Positions 27,152-37,656 of a stretch of DNA of 64,000 bases are shown piece after piece; within the stretch, counting starts at the first letter, position 1, and each line of letters opens with the position of its first letter. A program made the position numbers and the translations under genes. Location: NCBI GenBank assembly GCA_963522835.1, contig CAUQZB010000007.1, forward strand, positions 23,926 through 87,925, given 5' to 3'. The notes under the pieces were generated by a model, which did not search any database, was not told the origin of the DNA, and worked only from the letters and a program-made list of their open reading frames with translations. The DNA comes from an uncultured Candidatus Saccharibacteria bacterium (lineage in GTDB: Bacteria; Patescibacteriota; Saccharimonadia; Saccharimonadales; Saccharimonadaceae).

Positions 27152-28399
27152 CTACTTTTCTTCTAATTCCTTGAGGAGCCCTCTATAATAATTATATAAT
27201 GTCATATCTTTGGCGGCTCTTTGGCCTGCTTTGCTCATGGCTTGTAATGTGTCATCCTCTCTAAGAAGTTTTTCTATATTTTTTGCTATAGACTGCTCAA
27301 GGTTCTCATCTGTATCAAGGAGGATAGCTGCTCTGTCTGATGCATATTCTGGTATGCCACCTCTGTTTGTCGTGATCATTGGGAGGCCTGCCGTAATCGA
27401 TTCTATAACCGTTAGCGGTGCAGCATCATTACACACTGAGGGCAGCACGGCAAAGTCACACCCACGGTAGATTAGCGGCATGTTGTCATAGTCGATATAC
27501 CCGGTAAATGTCACGTGCTCCCGATGCGCTTCGGTGAGATCACGCAGCTCCTTCAAAAATGGGTTTTTGATATCAGTCCCAAAGAACGAGCTGCCAACCA
27601 CAAGCAGCTGGTAATTTTGCTCTCTCACCCAGTCAAGCGCCCGCAGCAACACATCAATCCCCTTCTCCGGAGTCAGCCTACCACTGAATAATACGATGTT
27701 TTTTGAGGCATCGATGGTATATTGTTGATGCAGTAGCTTCGATGCGCGCTTTCTCGTCATTGCAGTAAACTGGGTATTGTCAACTGCGTTCTTGAGCACC
27801 GATATGTTTTGTAGTGGGCCGCTGCGTTCATTACCTTGCGCCGATTTAGCGATCAAGCTATCTTTGATGAAATTGCTCACGACGATAATTTTTGCACCCG
27901 CTAGATACTCATATGTCTTATAAAAGTTAGTTATTTCATTATGGATATGCACATAAACTCTACCTTTGTATCGTTCCTGGTTTTTGTGCCACCGCAGGAT
28001 GTGCGTCTGGATGATCGCATTCTCAAACAGTATTTTGCGATGGTTTTTGCGAGCAATATGCCTTGATACCTTCCTCAAAAAATACAGCCGCTGCAGGACC
28101 GCCCGCAAAGACGCACTCTTATTTGTATCGACAAGGCGCTGGAATATACTGTAGAGTATAGTATCGGCTACTCTGATCACCCATGGGGTTTGTATAAAGA
28201 CAAAGTCTGTGTGTGTATAGGCTTGAGCCTTCTCTATAGCATCTGGCGTTGCAATGCTATATACGGTCAGGCGAGCACTACCCTGCCGCTCGTTCTCATC
28301 AATAAAATTTTGGACCAGATTCTCTACTGCACCCCCCATCACCGAAGGCACTGGCAAGAGGCCGGTCGTTATGATCGCTATAGTTCCTTCTTGATTCAT
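27152..28399 (-). CDS. family 4 (GT-B) glycosyltransferase
   Basis: FSGRLTPEKGIDVLLRAL and PSVCNDAAPLTVIESITAGLPMITTNRGGIPEY match the EX7E GT4 motif region. Confidence 0.85.
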   Translation of the reverse strand: MNQEGTIAIITTGLLPVPSVMGGAVENLVQNFIDENERQGSARLTVYSIATPDAIEKAQAYTHTDFVFIQTPWVIRVADTILYSIFQRLVDTNKSASLRAVLQRLYFLRKVSRHIARKNHRKILFENAIIQTHILRWHKNQERYKGRVYVHIHNEITNFYKTYEYLAGAKIIVVSNFIKDSLIAKSAQGNERSGPLQNISVLKNAVDNTQFTAMTRKRASKLLHQQYTIDASKNIVLFSGRLTPEKGIDVLLRALDWVREQNYQLLVVGSSFFGTDIKNPFLKELRDLTEAHREHVTFTGYIDYDNMPLIYRGCDFAVLPSVCNDAAPLTVIESITAGLPMITTNRGGIPEYASDRAAILLDTDENLEQSIAKNIEKLLREDDTLQAMSKAGQRAAKDMTLYNYYRGLLKELEEK

Positions 28400-29517
28400 C
28401 GAGCAGCCTCTCCCTCGTATTCATACAGTTGGCGCATGTTTTTCATAATATTTGGTGTCGTGTATCGTGATAGTGCGGATTGGATTGCGTCTTTCTCGCG
28501 GTGCAAGGAGCGGTGCTTTTTGTGGTGCTGAACAGCCGCGCGGAATGTCTGCCTATCTCGCGCTGGCGTGGCACCCACCAACGAGAGGAGCTCAGCAACC
28601 CCTCGGCACTCCAAGGCAACGATTGGCATACGTCCCATCATCGCCTCAAGAATATTAACAGGAAGCCCCTCTTGCTTTGACGTAGAAACATATAGATCCG
28701 ACGCCTGGAGCAGCTCTGGTATATCCTTTCTATATCCGAGGAAATGAACTTGACTCTGTATACCATAGCGAGCAGACTGCTTGTGGATCTTACCCTGCAG
28801 ACTATCTGCACCAACCAGCAAAAGATGCATTGACGCGTCCTGCTGCAAGGTTGTCTTGAGCGCACTGAGGAGCCAAGACTGGTTCTTTCTTTTCGACAGC
28901 TCAGCGACGTAGATTATGACGAAATCATTCGGCTTAATGCCCAGCTCAGCACGTATTGCGCGCCGTAAGTCCTTATTGATTGTGATATCAAATCGCTTTG
29001 GGTCCACCCCCACCCCCGGCACATACACCACACTGGTAGCAAAATGGCGGTTAGCTCGGGCATAGTCCTCGGCATTGATCGTGATGAGAACGTCGGTGTA
29101 GTGCGCCATCAGGCGCTCAATGGGATAGTACACCAGCCAGTTAAGTAGTGGCGCACCCGTAAAGAAGTGAAAGCCGTGAGCAGTGTAGATCACCCGTGTG
29201 CCGCGCTGCCGAGCCTGCCGAGCCGCAAGACGCGTCACGACCCCCCCTACTGGTGTATGAGTGTGGATGAGGTCGTACTGCTCGTGGTCGATAATCTCCT
29301 TGAGCTGGCGATAGGCCCGGACATTACTCAGTGTGAAGGGGCTACGCGTAAATGGTACGACAAACTGCTTGTCGCAATCCTCAATCTGTTCCTCGCCCAT
29401 CGAGGCATAATGTACCTCATACCCCTGTTCGCGCAGCATCCGCATGAAGGGCCGATTGAACTTCTGGAAGTTGGCGGTGTGTGAGGTGAAAAGGACTTTT
29501 TTCTTATTCGAGAGCAT
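28396..29517 (-). CDS. family 4 (GT-B) glycosyltransferase
   Basis: YVAELSKRKNQSWLLSAL and STSKQEGLPVNILEAMMGRMPIVALECRGVAELL are GT4 motifs. It overlaps the neighbouring gene by 4 nt. Confidence 0.85.
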   Translation of the reverse strand: MLSNKKKVLFTSHTANFQKFNRPFMRMLREQGYEVHYASMGEEQIEDCDKQFVVPFTRSPFTLSNVRAYRQLKEIIDHEQYDLIHTHTPVGGVVTRLAARQARQRGTRVIYTAHGFHFFTGAPLLNWLVYYPIERLMAHYTDVLITINAEDYARANRHFATSVVYVPGVGVDPKRFDITINKDLRRAIRAELGIKPNDFVIIYVAELSKRKNQSWLLSALKTTLQQDASMHLLLVGADSLQGKIHKQSARYGIQSQVHFLGYRKDIPELLQASDLYVSTSKQEGLPVNILEAMMGRMPIVALECRGVAELLSLVGATPARDRQTFRAAVQHHKKHRSLHREKDAIQSALSRYTTPNIMKNMRQLYEYEGEAAR

Positions 29518-30124
29518 TATCGACTCCTGTTACTGTCCGCTCACTTCCCTCTGTGTGGCCACTCATCATCAATACCGCTCCAATCGTCTTTATCATGATC
29601 TTGACGTCGGTCAGGAAGCTTAGCCGCTGGACATACTCACCGTCCATCTCGGCTTTGCGCTGGTCGTCTAGGTCATCGCGGCCATTTACCTGCGCCCAGC
29701 CAGTGATGCCTGGCTTGACGGAATTAGCCTGGTATTTTTGGCGCAGGTTAATGAGCTTTTTCTCTGTCTTAATGACGGGCCGCGGCCCAACAATACTCAT
29801 CTCGCCTTTGATAACATTAAGTAGCTGTGGTAGTTCGTCGATGGAGAGCTTGCGCAGCACCCCACCGAGTGGTGTAATATAGCTATCTGCGTTGGTAAAA
29901 CTATTGGTTGGCATATTCTTTGGTGCTTTTGTAGACATAGTCCGAAATTTATAAACTGTAAATAACTGCTTATCTTTGCCGAAGCGCTTCTGGCGAAACA
30001 AGGCCGGCCCTTTCGATGTGAGGCGGATCGCCGCTGCAACCAGCAGCATTGGCAGCCCTAGAATCACCAGCGCAGCCAGCGCAATGCTCACATCTTCGAT
30101 GCGTTTTCCGTATTCCCGATACAT
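29504..30124 (-). CDS. undecaprenyl-phosphate sugar phosphotransferase (bacterial sugar transferase, initiating enzyme)
   Basis: Single N-terminal TM. FRQKRFGKDKQLFTVYKFRTM and DELPQLLNVIKGEMSIVGPRP match PF02397-type WbaP/EpsL-like enzymes. Confidence 0.9.
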   Translation of the reverse strand: MYREYGKRIEDVSIALAALVILGLPMLLVAAAIRLTSKGPALFRQKRFGKDKQLFTVYKFRTMSTKAPKNMPTNSFTNADSYITPLGGVLRKLSIDELPQLLNVIKGEMSIVGPRPVIKTEKKLINLRQKYQANSVKPGITGWAQVNGRDDLDDQRKAEMDGEYVQRLSFLTDVKIMIKTIGAVLMMSGHTEGSERTVTGVDNALE

Positions 30125-30216
30125 GGTATACCCCCTTGTTACCCTGTGTTGTTATCGTGCCGCGTACCCATGCGGCTGCATGCTTCAGCAAAATAAGTTC
30201 TGTGTAGGTAGCGCGA

Positions 30217-30846
30217 CTAGCGCTTAGCCTTGGTCGCCGCGGATGTAACTGCGGCAGCTGCTTCGGCCACGCGCTGCGATTGCGCATAGTCGTAGGCAAA
30301 GAACAATCCTACAATGGCAAGCAGCAGTGCGCCACCGCCACCAAGTGCCATTGCCTGCCACAGCCCTATATTTGCTGGCGCACTTGGTGTATTGACAGTG
30401 TCGACAGTTTTGATGCTAATTTTGGTTTTGCCATACAATGCTTTCGTTTGCTTTTCAAACTCGGTAATTGCCTGTTTGAGTAAGGTTTCGCTCATCTTGG
30501 GCTCACCAGCATTCATCGAGACAGTGATAATATCGGTGTTCTTTACGTGCTTGGCAGTTGTGTTAGCCAGCAGTGTCTCGTAGCTCCCCTTGTATTGGGC
30601 GCGGTCGATTACCGGATCGAGCACCCGCCGTGAGGTAAAGAGCGTCGTATAGTTAGTAAGCGTAATGGTGTTTTGACCCTGATCTACCCCTGTTAGCAGC
30701 AATGTTGCGGAGCTTTTATACTGCGGCTGTTGGATGGACAGCGCATAGGCTGCACCCAGCCCAATACCAACGAGAATGGCAACAATCATCACCGGCCACT
30801 TCCGTGCATAATATCGTATTAGTTGGTAAAAGTTGATTGTTTCCAC
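30217..30846 (-). CDS. Wzz/YveK-type chain-length determinant protein
   Basis: The N-terminus INFYQLIRYYARKWPVMIVAILVGIGLGAAY is followed by a periplasmic-type segment and a C-terminal TM, ALGGGGALLLAIVGLFFAY. No cognate tyrosine kinase gene is seen nearby. Confidence 0.7.
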   Translation of the reverse strand: METINFYQLIRYYARKWPVMIVAILVGIGLGAAYALSIQQPQYKSSATLLLTGVDQGQNTITLTNYTTLFTSRRVLDPVIDRAQYKGSYETLLANTTAKHVKNTDIITVSMNAGEPKMSETLLKQAITEFEKQTKALYGKTKISIKTVDTVNTPSAPANIGLWQAMALGGGGALLLAIVGLFFAYDYAQSQRVAEAAAAVTSAATKAKR

Positions 30847-31093
30847 AATGCCCCCTGTGTGTTATGTTCTCATATTGTTTGTCCCACCTATGTTCGACTA
30901 TAGCATACATTTTGCCGAGCTCCAAGCATATCTTGCAACATATGGCGATCATACATTTATAGAACAGAGGTTATACCATAAATTGTTGTGGAAAATTCAG
31001 CAGATTTGCGTACTGCAAAGGTGCTACAATAAATTAATAAAGCATGCTTATACGTAATTCTAAGAAGATAAAGAATCGCTAGAAAGGATAAAA

Positions 31094-31660
31094 ATGACTC
31101 TCAATACCATCTTCCCTGTCATCTATACTATCGAATCAATCGACCTTCCTTCATCTGGTGTTGATTATGAGGTTGGACCAACAGGCTTAGACTATATGAC
31201 ACCATACCGAATCACGGTCGACGAGACACTAAGCTATACGCTTGGTATACATTCTAGTGATACATCGCCCGGTCTTGTTACTGACATAATTACAGCTCCC
31301 AACCCATGGCAGTTATGTATCGTTGAGCAAGGAGATCTCTATGTTTGTGATGTACGATATCCTCAGTCGTTCGCAAAAATAGATGAACTATATGATGGTA
31401 TTGTCGCCATAAAGCCAATCGTTGATCAGGATATTATTCTATTTATTACTCACATAGGTATGCTTGCGCTCGACTCTACTGGCGTGCGCTGGAAAACAAA
31501 GCGAATCGCTCTTGACGGCATCACTATTGAAGGTATCACTGGTGACTGGGCCAACTGCAGACCTCAATCGGAAATGGAATACGGAACGTTTGATATTAAT
31601 CTACTAACTGGCGAAATACGACGTAGCGAGGACAATAAGCGTGTACTGCGCCTGCTATAG
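31094..31660 (+). CDS. hypothetical protein
   Basis: 188-codon ORF with GAAAGGA upstream of the ATG. No signal peptide and no recognised family. Confidence 0.5.
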   Translation: MTLNTIFPVIYTIESIDLPSSGVDYEVGPTGLDYMTPYRITVDETLSYTLGIHSSDTSPGLVTDIITAPNPWQLCIVEQGDLYVCDVRYPQSFAKIDELYDGIVAIKPIVDQDIILFITHIGMLALDSTGVRWKTKRIALDGITIEGITGDWANCRPQSEMEYGTFDINLLTGEIRRSEDNKRVLRLL

Positions 31661-31670
31661 CCCTTCTGCT

Positions 31671-32876
31671 CTACTCCCCACTCTCTCCACCCTGATACTC
31701 GCTCAGTGTCACGCGCACGACGCGCTCTTTGCCATCGCGGAGGATAGTGAGGGCGACGACGTCGCCAGGCTGGTATTCGCCAATCAGGCTCGAGACGTCG
31801 CCCTGCTTGCCCACAACGAGGCTATTGATCTTGGTAATGACGTCCTTCTCACGGAGGCCAGCTTTATCAGCTGGGCTACCTGCTACAATCGCGCTTTTGT
31901 CGCCACTTGTCATCACATACGCGCCTTCCTTCGCCGAAGTACCGACCTGCTTAGCAATATCTGGCGTGAGCATCACATAGCGCGCCCCAAGGTAGGCCCG
32001 GCGCACTCCCTTACCCGCTAGGACCGACTTGAGCGTCCCCTTCATCGCATTGACAGGAATAGCAAAGCTAATGCCCTGAGCGTTTGTTGCCACTGCTACA
32101 TTGATGCCAATCACCTGCCCCGAGCGGTTAAGCAATGGCCCACCAGAATTGCCAGAATTCACGGCGGCATCGGTTTGGATGAGATCAGTCAGGCTCTCCG
32201 TTCGCTGGGTGCTATTGCCTGAGGTAGACGCCGTTACGGGCCGCCCTTTGCCAGAGATGATACCGCTGGTGACGGTGTTTTGGTAGCGGCCCAGTGCGTT
32301 GCCGATTGCCACAACCGACTGCCCTACCCGCACCGTTGCTGAGTCACCGAGCGACAGTGGCGTGAGCACCGTATTGCCTACCTCAAGCTTGAGGTAGGCA
32401 ATGTCATTGAGTGGGTCCTCCCCCACGACTCGGACGTCATCATACCGCGTGCCGTCCGAAGCAATAACACGGATAGAGCTCGCCTTAGACACAACGTGCT
32501 TGTTCGTGACGATGTAACCATCTTTGCTGACAATAATGCCCGTACCCGCCGCCGCTGATTGGCGAGTGGTCGTGCGGAGCGATGATGATTCTTCGATATT
32601 GGTGATGATAGACACGACGCTCTTTGATGCTTTATCGGCGACATTGGCTACTGCAGATTCGTCAGCGGTGGGAGCGAGGTTACCATCGGTGCTAACTTGG
32701 TCTCGCTCAGTGACAGTCGCATTGCGGTCAATCGCCCGCAAATAAACCCACATTGCCATTGCCACAACGAAGACAAGGGTAAGTGCACCCGCTGCGATAA
32801 TAGACATGATTTTTGATTGACGCATGGCACGCGCCGCCCGCTGGTCTTGCGCTGTCATCTGCGGTTGTTGATTCAT
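31671..32876 (-). CDS. htrA: HtrA/DegP-family serine protease with a PDZ domain
   Basis: N-terminal TM, TNKHVV (His), GNSGGPLLN (Ser) and a C-terminal PDZ-like segment (...GSPADKAGLREKDVITKINS...). Confidence 0.9.
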   Translation of the reverse strand: MNQQPQMTAQDQRAARAMRQSKIMSIIAAGALTLVFVVAMAMWVYLRAIDRNATVTERDQVSTDGNLAPTADESAVANVADKASKSVVSIITNIEESSSLRTTTRQSAAAGTGIIVSKDGYIVTNKHVVSKASSIRVIASDGTRYDDVRVVGEDPLNDIAYLKLEVGNTVLTPLSLGDSATVRVGQSVVAIGNALGRYQNTVTSGIISGKGRPVTASTSGNSTQRTESLTDLIQTDAAVNSGNSGGPLLNRSGQVIGINVAVATNAQGISFAIPVNAMKGTLKSVLAGKGVRRAYLGARYVMLTPDIAKQVGTSAKEGAYVMTSGDKSAIVAGSPADKAGLREKDVITKINSLVVGKQGDVSSLIGEYQPGDVVALTILRDGKERVVRVTLSEYQGGESGE

Positions 32877-32914
32877 AACCTCTTTTCCCCTTACCCCTTT
32901 CTCATTTGCCTCGG

Positions 32915-33697
32915 CTACGCAAGGCCAGTGGCGCTCAGGCTGTTAAACAACAGCAAAAGCGTCAGCACAAGCCCAACCGCCAACGTAGACGGCAAGACGA
33001 TATCCGCCCCGCGCACCACACCATGCTGGTAGTAGCTATTATAGGCACGCTCACACACAAAGCCAAAGAGCACCAAAAAGAGCGGCAACTGTGCAAGCTT
33101 GATCGCCCCTAGGCCAGAGATGGTATAAGCAAACATCCAGTGGTAGCTCACCCAGCCAAGCTCCGCAAAGACTGTCGCAGTAATGAGTGCGTAGGTACGT
33201 GTGAGTGGTTCTTCATAGCTACCGAGAACATGCCGTGCAGCACAGTACCCCAGTACCCACAGCGGTAGCACAACCAGGGCAGCATCCCACCGGTAGGAGC
33301 TCATAGCAAGAGCTGTCGCCCCAACAAAGACGCCAACGCCCGCCTGAATAGCCACCGAGCGGCGATCCGATCGTGGCTTGAGTACCACCAGCCACAGTGC
33401 ATGCAGCACTGCCAAGATAACCTGTAGCCAGATCACTCCACTCGCAGCATACATCAGCATCACGACGCTAATGCCTACCGTGAGGTCGATCATATTTGCC
33501 ACAATATTGGCAAGCCAAAAGCGTGGCCGCACTGCGAGCGCGCGCCACTTGCTCGCAATCACCAGTGCCAACGCGAGCCAAGGCGACTGCACCTCTAGGA
33601 CGATCAAAAATAGCAGCGTCGCAAGCCCAAGATTGAGCGCCACATAAACGACCTCACTGACCCGAGACTGACGATGTGTACCATGCAAAAAATCCAT
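32915..33697 (-). CDS. hypothetical polytopic membrane protein
   Basis: 260-codon ORF with about 7-8 hydrophobic helices. No family recognised. Confidence 0.55.
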   Translation of the reverse strand: MDFLHGTHRQSRVSEVVYVALNLGLATLLFLIVLEVQSPWLALALVIASKWRALAVRPRFWLANIVANMIDLTVGISVVMLMYAASGVIWLQVILAVLHALWLVVLKPRSDRRSVAIQAGVGVFVGATALAMSSYRWDAALVVLPLWVLGYCAARHVLGSYEEPLTRTYALITATVFAELGWVSYHWMFAYTISGLGAIKLAQLPLFLVLFGFVCERAYNSYYQHGVVRGADIVLPSTLAVGLVLTLLLLFNSLSATGLA

Positions 33698-34057
33698 TGC
33701 CTTTTATTATACCATTTTGGGCGAAAAAATAAGAGCCTAGGGCGAGAACATTCTACTCTCTACTGTACTGACTGTGTTAGTTCAGTAGTTTGTCTTGCTA
33801 CGCCTCAGTTTGCAGAGTCTCACCATAAGATCGCACGCCGCTTCTCTCGCATTTCCTCCGGTGGAGCGTGAAATTGATTGTAATAAATGTGCTTTTTTAG
33901 ATAAGTGTAAGAGAGTTGATGCCCGAGGAGCGCTAGCTCTTGTTGCAATTTATCAGAAGGAAGGTGAAACAAATACTGAGGAAGAAGAATTATAAGATTC
34001 AGGCAGTATTTGCTTTGTTTGACAATAGCCATACTATACGCTCTATACTTACTATAT

Positions 34058-34447
34058 ATGACAAGCAAATTCCATTTTCGCAACACCAAGCAACACTGGG
34101 TGGCCGCCGCCGTCCTCGCACCTCTCCTCGTTATTACCGTACCGGTGACTGCCTTTGCTTTGACTGGCTACATTAGCAGCGAGATACCACGACACTTCCC
34201 ATCAGGTTCGTACAAAGAGGTACTGAATGTACGGCAAGTGACCGATCGCAAGCTATTCGATGCAGCTGCTCAGTGCTTTGCTGGCCATGGTTTGCCGCAC
34301 CGCATTGTGAATGGCTCGTCGATCCAGGTTCAGGAATCACTCTTTCGTACCGGCATTGAGCGATGTTGGAATGAACTCAATAACGCAAAGCTCTCCACTC
34401 AGGATCCTGAGTGGACGAAGACGCAACAGTTTTGGCATGGGCGATAA
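34058..34447 (+). CDS. hypothetical secreted or membrane-anchored small protein
   Basis: I placed the start at ATG 34058 (MTSKFHFRNTKQHWVAAAVLAPLLVITVPVTAFA, signal-like). TATACT at 34044-34049 lies 8 nt upstream and TTGACA is at 34019-34024. Confidence 0.5.
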   Translation: MTSKFHFRNTKQHWVAAAVLAPLLVITVPVTAFALTGYISSEIPRHFPSGSYKEVLNVRQVTDRKLFDAAAQCFAGHGLPHRIVNGSSIQVQESLFRTGIERCWNELNNAKLSTQDPEWTKTQQFWHGR

Positions 34448-34757
34448 GACGGTAGAATTTTCGTATCTCGCAGCTTAGCCGCACAACTCGTCGTAGGTAA
34501 AGCTAAGGCTGGGTAATGTAAAACCGTACAAACACTACCATATTTGGCAATAGCAGTGGTGCTATACAATCGGCAAATCACCGTTTTTGTACTTCACAGA
34601 TGGAAATAACCCCCTTCTCGCTATCTTACTCGACGGAGGAAAGAGTTATTATAATGATCTACTCTGATTCGAAGGTTAAGAGCTAATACTTACTCTGCAC
34701 GGCCTTGTAACTATACGCCGAACACAGAAGCTTATCGGCTTATTAAAGTACCATTCA

Positions 34758-36500
34758 CTAATTGCTAATTGCCGACGAAGTACCCGTCGTGGACTGGCCA
34801 ACCACGACAACGAACTGCGTGTGGCTACTAGTAGTCACTGGTGGTGTGCCAGTAGTAGCCTGAGCATGATAGATCGACTCTAGCTTGGCCTTCGTGTGCG
34901 GTGCGCTAGCTCTCCCAGCCACTTGGTAGATCTTGTTACTCCCTGCGCTGCCGCTGCTTGGAGCATTATCAATGCTGTCAATAACCATGCCAAGCTTCTC
35001 TAGCTTGTCTGCCTCGCGCTTGGCTACCCCTGATGCACCTGATGCATTGAGGACGACGACATGGGCCGACTCTTTAGATACCTCTGTGGCATTGAGTGTC
35101 TTGTTGATGTACGCTTGGATCTGGCTGTAGTCGTATGTGCCGGCTGCGGGTATAACCGAGCTAATACCGTTAACTGTCTGTGCTACCACTAGGTCGCCAA
35201 CAGGCGTACCGAGCAAGCTCACACTCTTGATAGCGTCACTCTTGATATTTTGCCCCAGCGACATAAGCGTACGGATCTCACTTGTCTCAAAGTTGGTACG
35301 GAGGTTCTTACCTAGTGCATCAATGATCCCCGTCACCGCACCAAAGTTCGTCAGGGTGCCAGCGCTCGTTGCCTTTTCTTTGATAGCCACGAGCACCTTC
35401 TGTTGGTTCTTCTCGCGGTCGAAGTTAGACTGCTCGAAGCCGTAGGATATGCCCGAGGCACCGCGTGCCTGCGCCAAGTAGAGCGCATGCTCAGCATCGA
35501 GATCAACTGGCCCATTGGGGTAGTCGATAAAGTGACCATTCGGCGGGCAGTTCTTGACCATCGTGGCGTGGCTCGCGCGAGGGTTTCCGCCCCGACACTT
35601 CCAGTCGAAGTTACCATCCATCTGGCCACGAGGGTCACGGCTCTCGATCGTCACTTTGATGCCACCCAATGCCGAGACCAGGTCGCGCAGCACAGTGTAA
35701 TTGACATGCACACTGTATTGCAAGTCTAGCCCCACAATATTGCCAAAGAACTTGCGCGAAGCCGCTTGGCGCTCATCCTCTGCCTCGGTGCTCGACCAAT
35801 CGCTATTGACGCAGTTGAAGTACTCATTGATCTTACCTGCATTGCCAGAGTTACACGACCGGCGATATTTGACGTAGAGGTCGCGCGGGATACTAATCAT
35901 ATAGGCATCCTTCTTGCTCTGGCTAATACTCAAGATCATGATGGAATCAGTCAGATACGACCCCTCGTGGCCTGGGTCATCCTCCGATGTACCAAGCAAG
36001 AGAATATTGCTCCGGCCATTACTATCTGCCTTGAGCTCCTTTTGCTGAATCAAGCCAAAGATATCACCCTTAAAGATATGTGAGCTCGCCATAAAAGCCC
36101 GCCACAGCAGCATCGCACCAAAGCCCACACCAATGATGACGAGAGCGATAATGATACGCTTGATCCATTTGCTCCGCGTCGATTGCGGTTTCTTGCGGCC
36201 TTTACGGCCTCGCTTGCCACTGCCCTGCTCGAGGTCAGCAAATATGTTATCGCTTGGGTTGATGTCGAAGTCGGTTAGGCTACTACTGGGGTTGTTGGTG
36301 CTGATAGACGCACTGCGGCGTGGTGCATAATTCCTCGGCTGCTCTGCTGTGGCCAAGCTGCGACTAGAGCCAGCCGTGCCCGTCATCGAGCGACCCATCC
36401 GCGGCATCGAGCCATCGGCACGCCGAAGCGAGCGAGGGCGCCTATCCACCGCCCCGCTACTTTGCGACCGAAAACCATCTATCGAATTGCGACCCGCCAT
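34758..36500 (-). CDS. LytR-CpsA-Psr (LCP) family glycopolymer ligase
   Basis: Basic N-terminal tail and one TM, then NILLLGTSEDDPGHEGSYLTDSIMILSISQSKKDAYMISIPRDLYV, the LCP core. The C-terminal segment is LytR_C-like. Confidence 0.88.
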   Translation of the reverse strand: MAGRNSIDGFRSQSSGAVDRRPRSLRRADGSMPRMGRSMTGTAGSSRSLATAEQPRNYAPRRSASISTNNPSSSLTDFDINPSDNIFADLEQGSGKRGRKGRKKPQSTRSKWIKRIIIALVIIGVGFGAMLLWRAFMASSHIFKGDIFGLIQQKELKADSNGRSNILLLGTSEDDPGHEGSYLTDSIMILSISQSKKDAYMISIPRDLYVKYRRSCNSGNAGKINEYFNCVNSDWSSTEAEDERQAASRKFFGNIVGLDLQYSVHVNYTVLRDLVSALGGIKVTIESRDPRGQMDGNFDWKCRGGNPRASHATMVKNCPPNGHFIDYPNGPVDLDAEHALYLAQARGASGISYGFEQSNFDREKNQQKVLVAIKEKATSAGTLTNFGAVTGIIDALGKNLRTNFETSEIRTLMSLGQNIKSDAIKSVSLLGTPVGDLVVAQTVNGISSVIPAAGTYDYSQIQAYINKTLNATEVSKESAHVVVLNASGASGVAKREADKLEKLGMVIDSIDNAPSSGSAGSNKIYQVAGRASAPHTKAKLESIYHAQATTGTPPVTTSSHTQFVVVVGQSTTGTSSAISN

Positions 36501-36803
36501 AAACTCTCTCTACTATACTGGATCTGCCCCAAAAAATAAATACGAAACCGCGCCCAAACTTGCACTTTGCAAGCCAAAAATGCCGCGAGAGACTGTGGTC
36601 GTGCGGCATCATACTACAAGCATCGACAAAAAGAAGTATTTCACACAAACGGCAAAGCCCCGCCTCGCCCAACCAATATTTCGCCATAGTCTTGACACGC
36701 CTGTCATATATTGATATATATATATTAATCTTTTGCGCCGACCCGCAGGAGATGGTACGTTTCCACCCAGAGTTATTAGAGAAAAAGAAAGTAGCTGATC
36801 ATC

Positions 36804-37553
36804 ATGATTGTCTGGCTATTCTCGGCATTTGCAGCGATTGTTGCAACTATTGTTGGACTCTTTATGGCTGTAGGCCTTGTGTTAGAACAAGATGACAAGG
36901 AAAGTAATCAATCCACCACAGTAGGATTTTTTACAAAGGTAGTCGCTACTATGCTTGTCCTCTACGGGGTAGCAAATGCGGTGCTATATACGATGTCCAG
37001 TTTTGATACCAAAACAAAGCGTGCCTCTGCTACTATTGCACAGGTCACCTCCCACTACGGGCTTGAGTCGGATACTCAATATCCGCTTAAGTTAGGTCAA
37101 CGCTTTGCCGGTACGTCTGGCAGTATGGCAGTGAACGGGAACTTCTTCTTCGTTCATGGCAGTGGCTCATGGACGCCAGCTACCGCTATTTCTGTCGGCT
37201 TTGCATCGCAAGGCGAGAGCTATATCTTAGAGATTCCAACATCTAAGATAACGTTTGTTCAATCAAACGAAGCAAAGTCTTCTGTTAGCATCCATATCGA
37301 TTCAGATATTAATGCGGGCCACAATTACGTCGTCAGAGAGGACTATAGCTCGTGCCATGCACGTGTCAGCTTCGGCTGGTGGTACTGCCACAGGACGCTC
37401 GAGAAGTCTTCTGTTAGCACCACGGATAGTGTAAGCCTACCTGAAGTTATTCAGGGAGCCTTTACAGAGGGCCATGCTCGCGCTACCATAACCCTTTCTC
37501 CCGAGCAGTATCAGCTGCTCCTTACGGGCGGAAACCCCGCTCCGTCATCTTGA
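36804..37553 (+). CDS. hypothetical membrane-anchored protein
   Basis: 249-codon ORF with two N-terminal TM helices, then a Ser/Thr/Gly-rich, probably extracytoplasmic, domain. Confidence 0.5.
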   Translation: MIVWLFSAFAAIVATIVGLFMAVGLVLEQDDKESNQSTTVGFFTKVVATMLVLYGVANAVLYTMSSFDTKTKRASATIAQVTSHYGLESDTQYPLKLGQRFAGTSGSMAVNGNFFFVHGSGSWTPATAISVGFASQGESYILEIPTSKITFVQSNEAKSSVSIHIDSDINAGHNYVVREDYSSCHARVSFGWWYCHRTLEKSSVSTTDSVSLPEVIQGAFTEGHARATITLSPEQYQLLLTGGNPAPSS

Positions 37554-37656
37554 TCTATCGTCGAGCCTCACAGTATGCGCTCCGCTAGGTCGGTGGCGGA
37601 GCGCATACATTGCAATTATTCCTCCCCTCTGCCCGCATTTAGTGATATAATACTTC

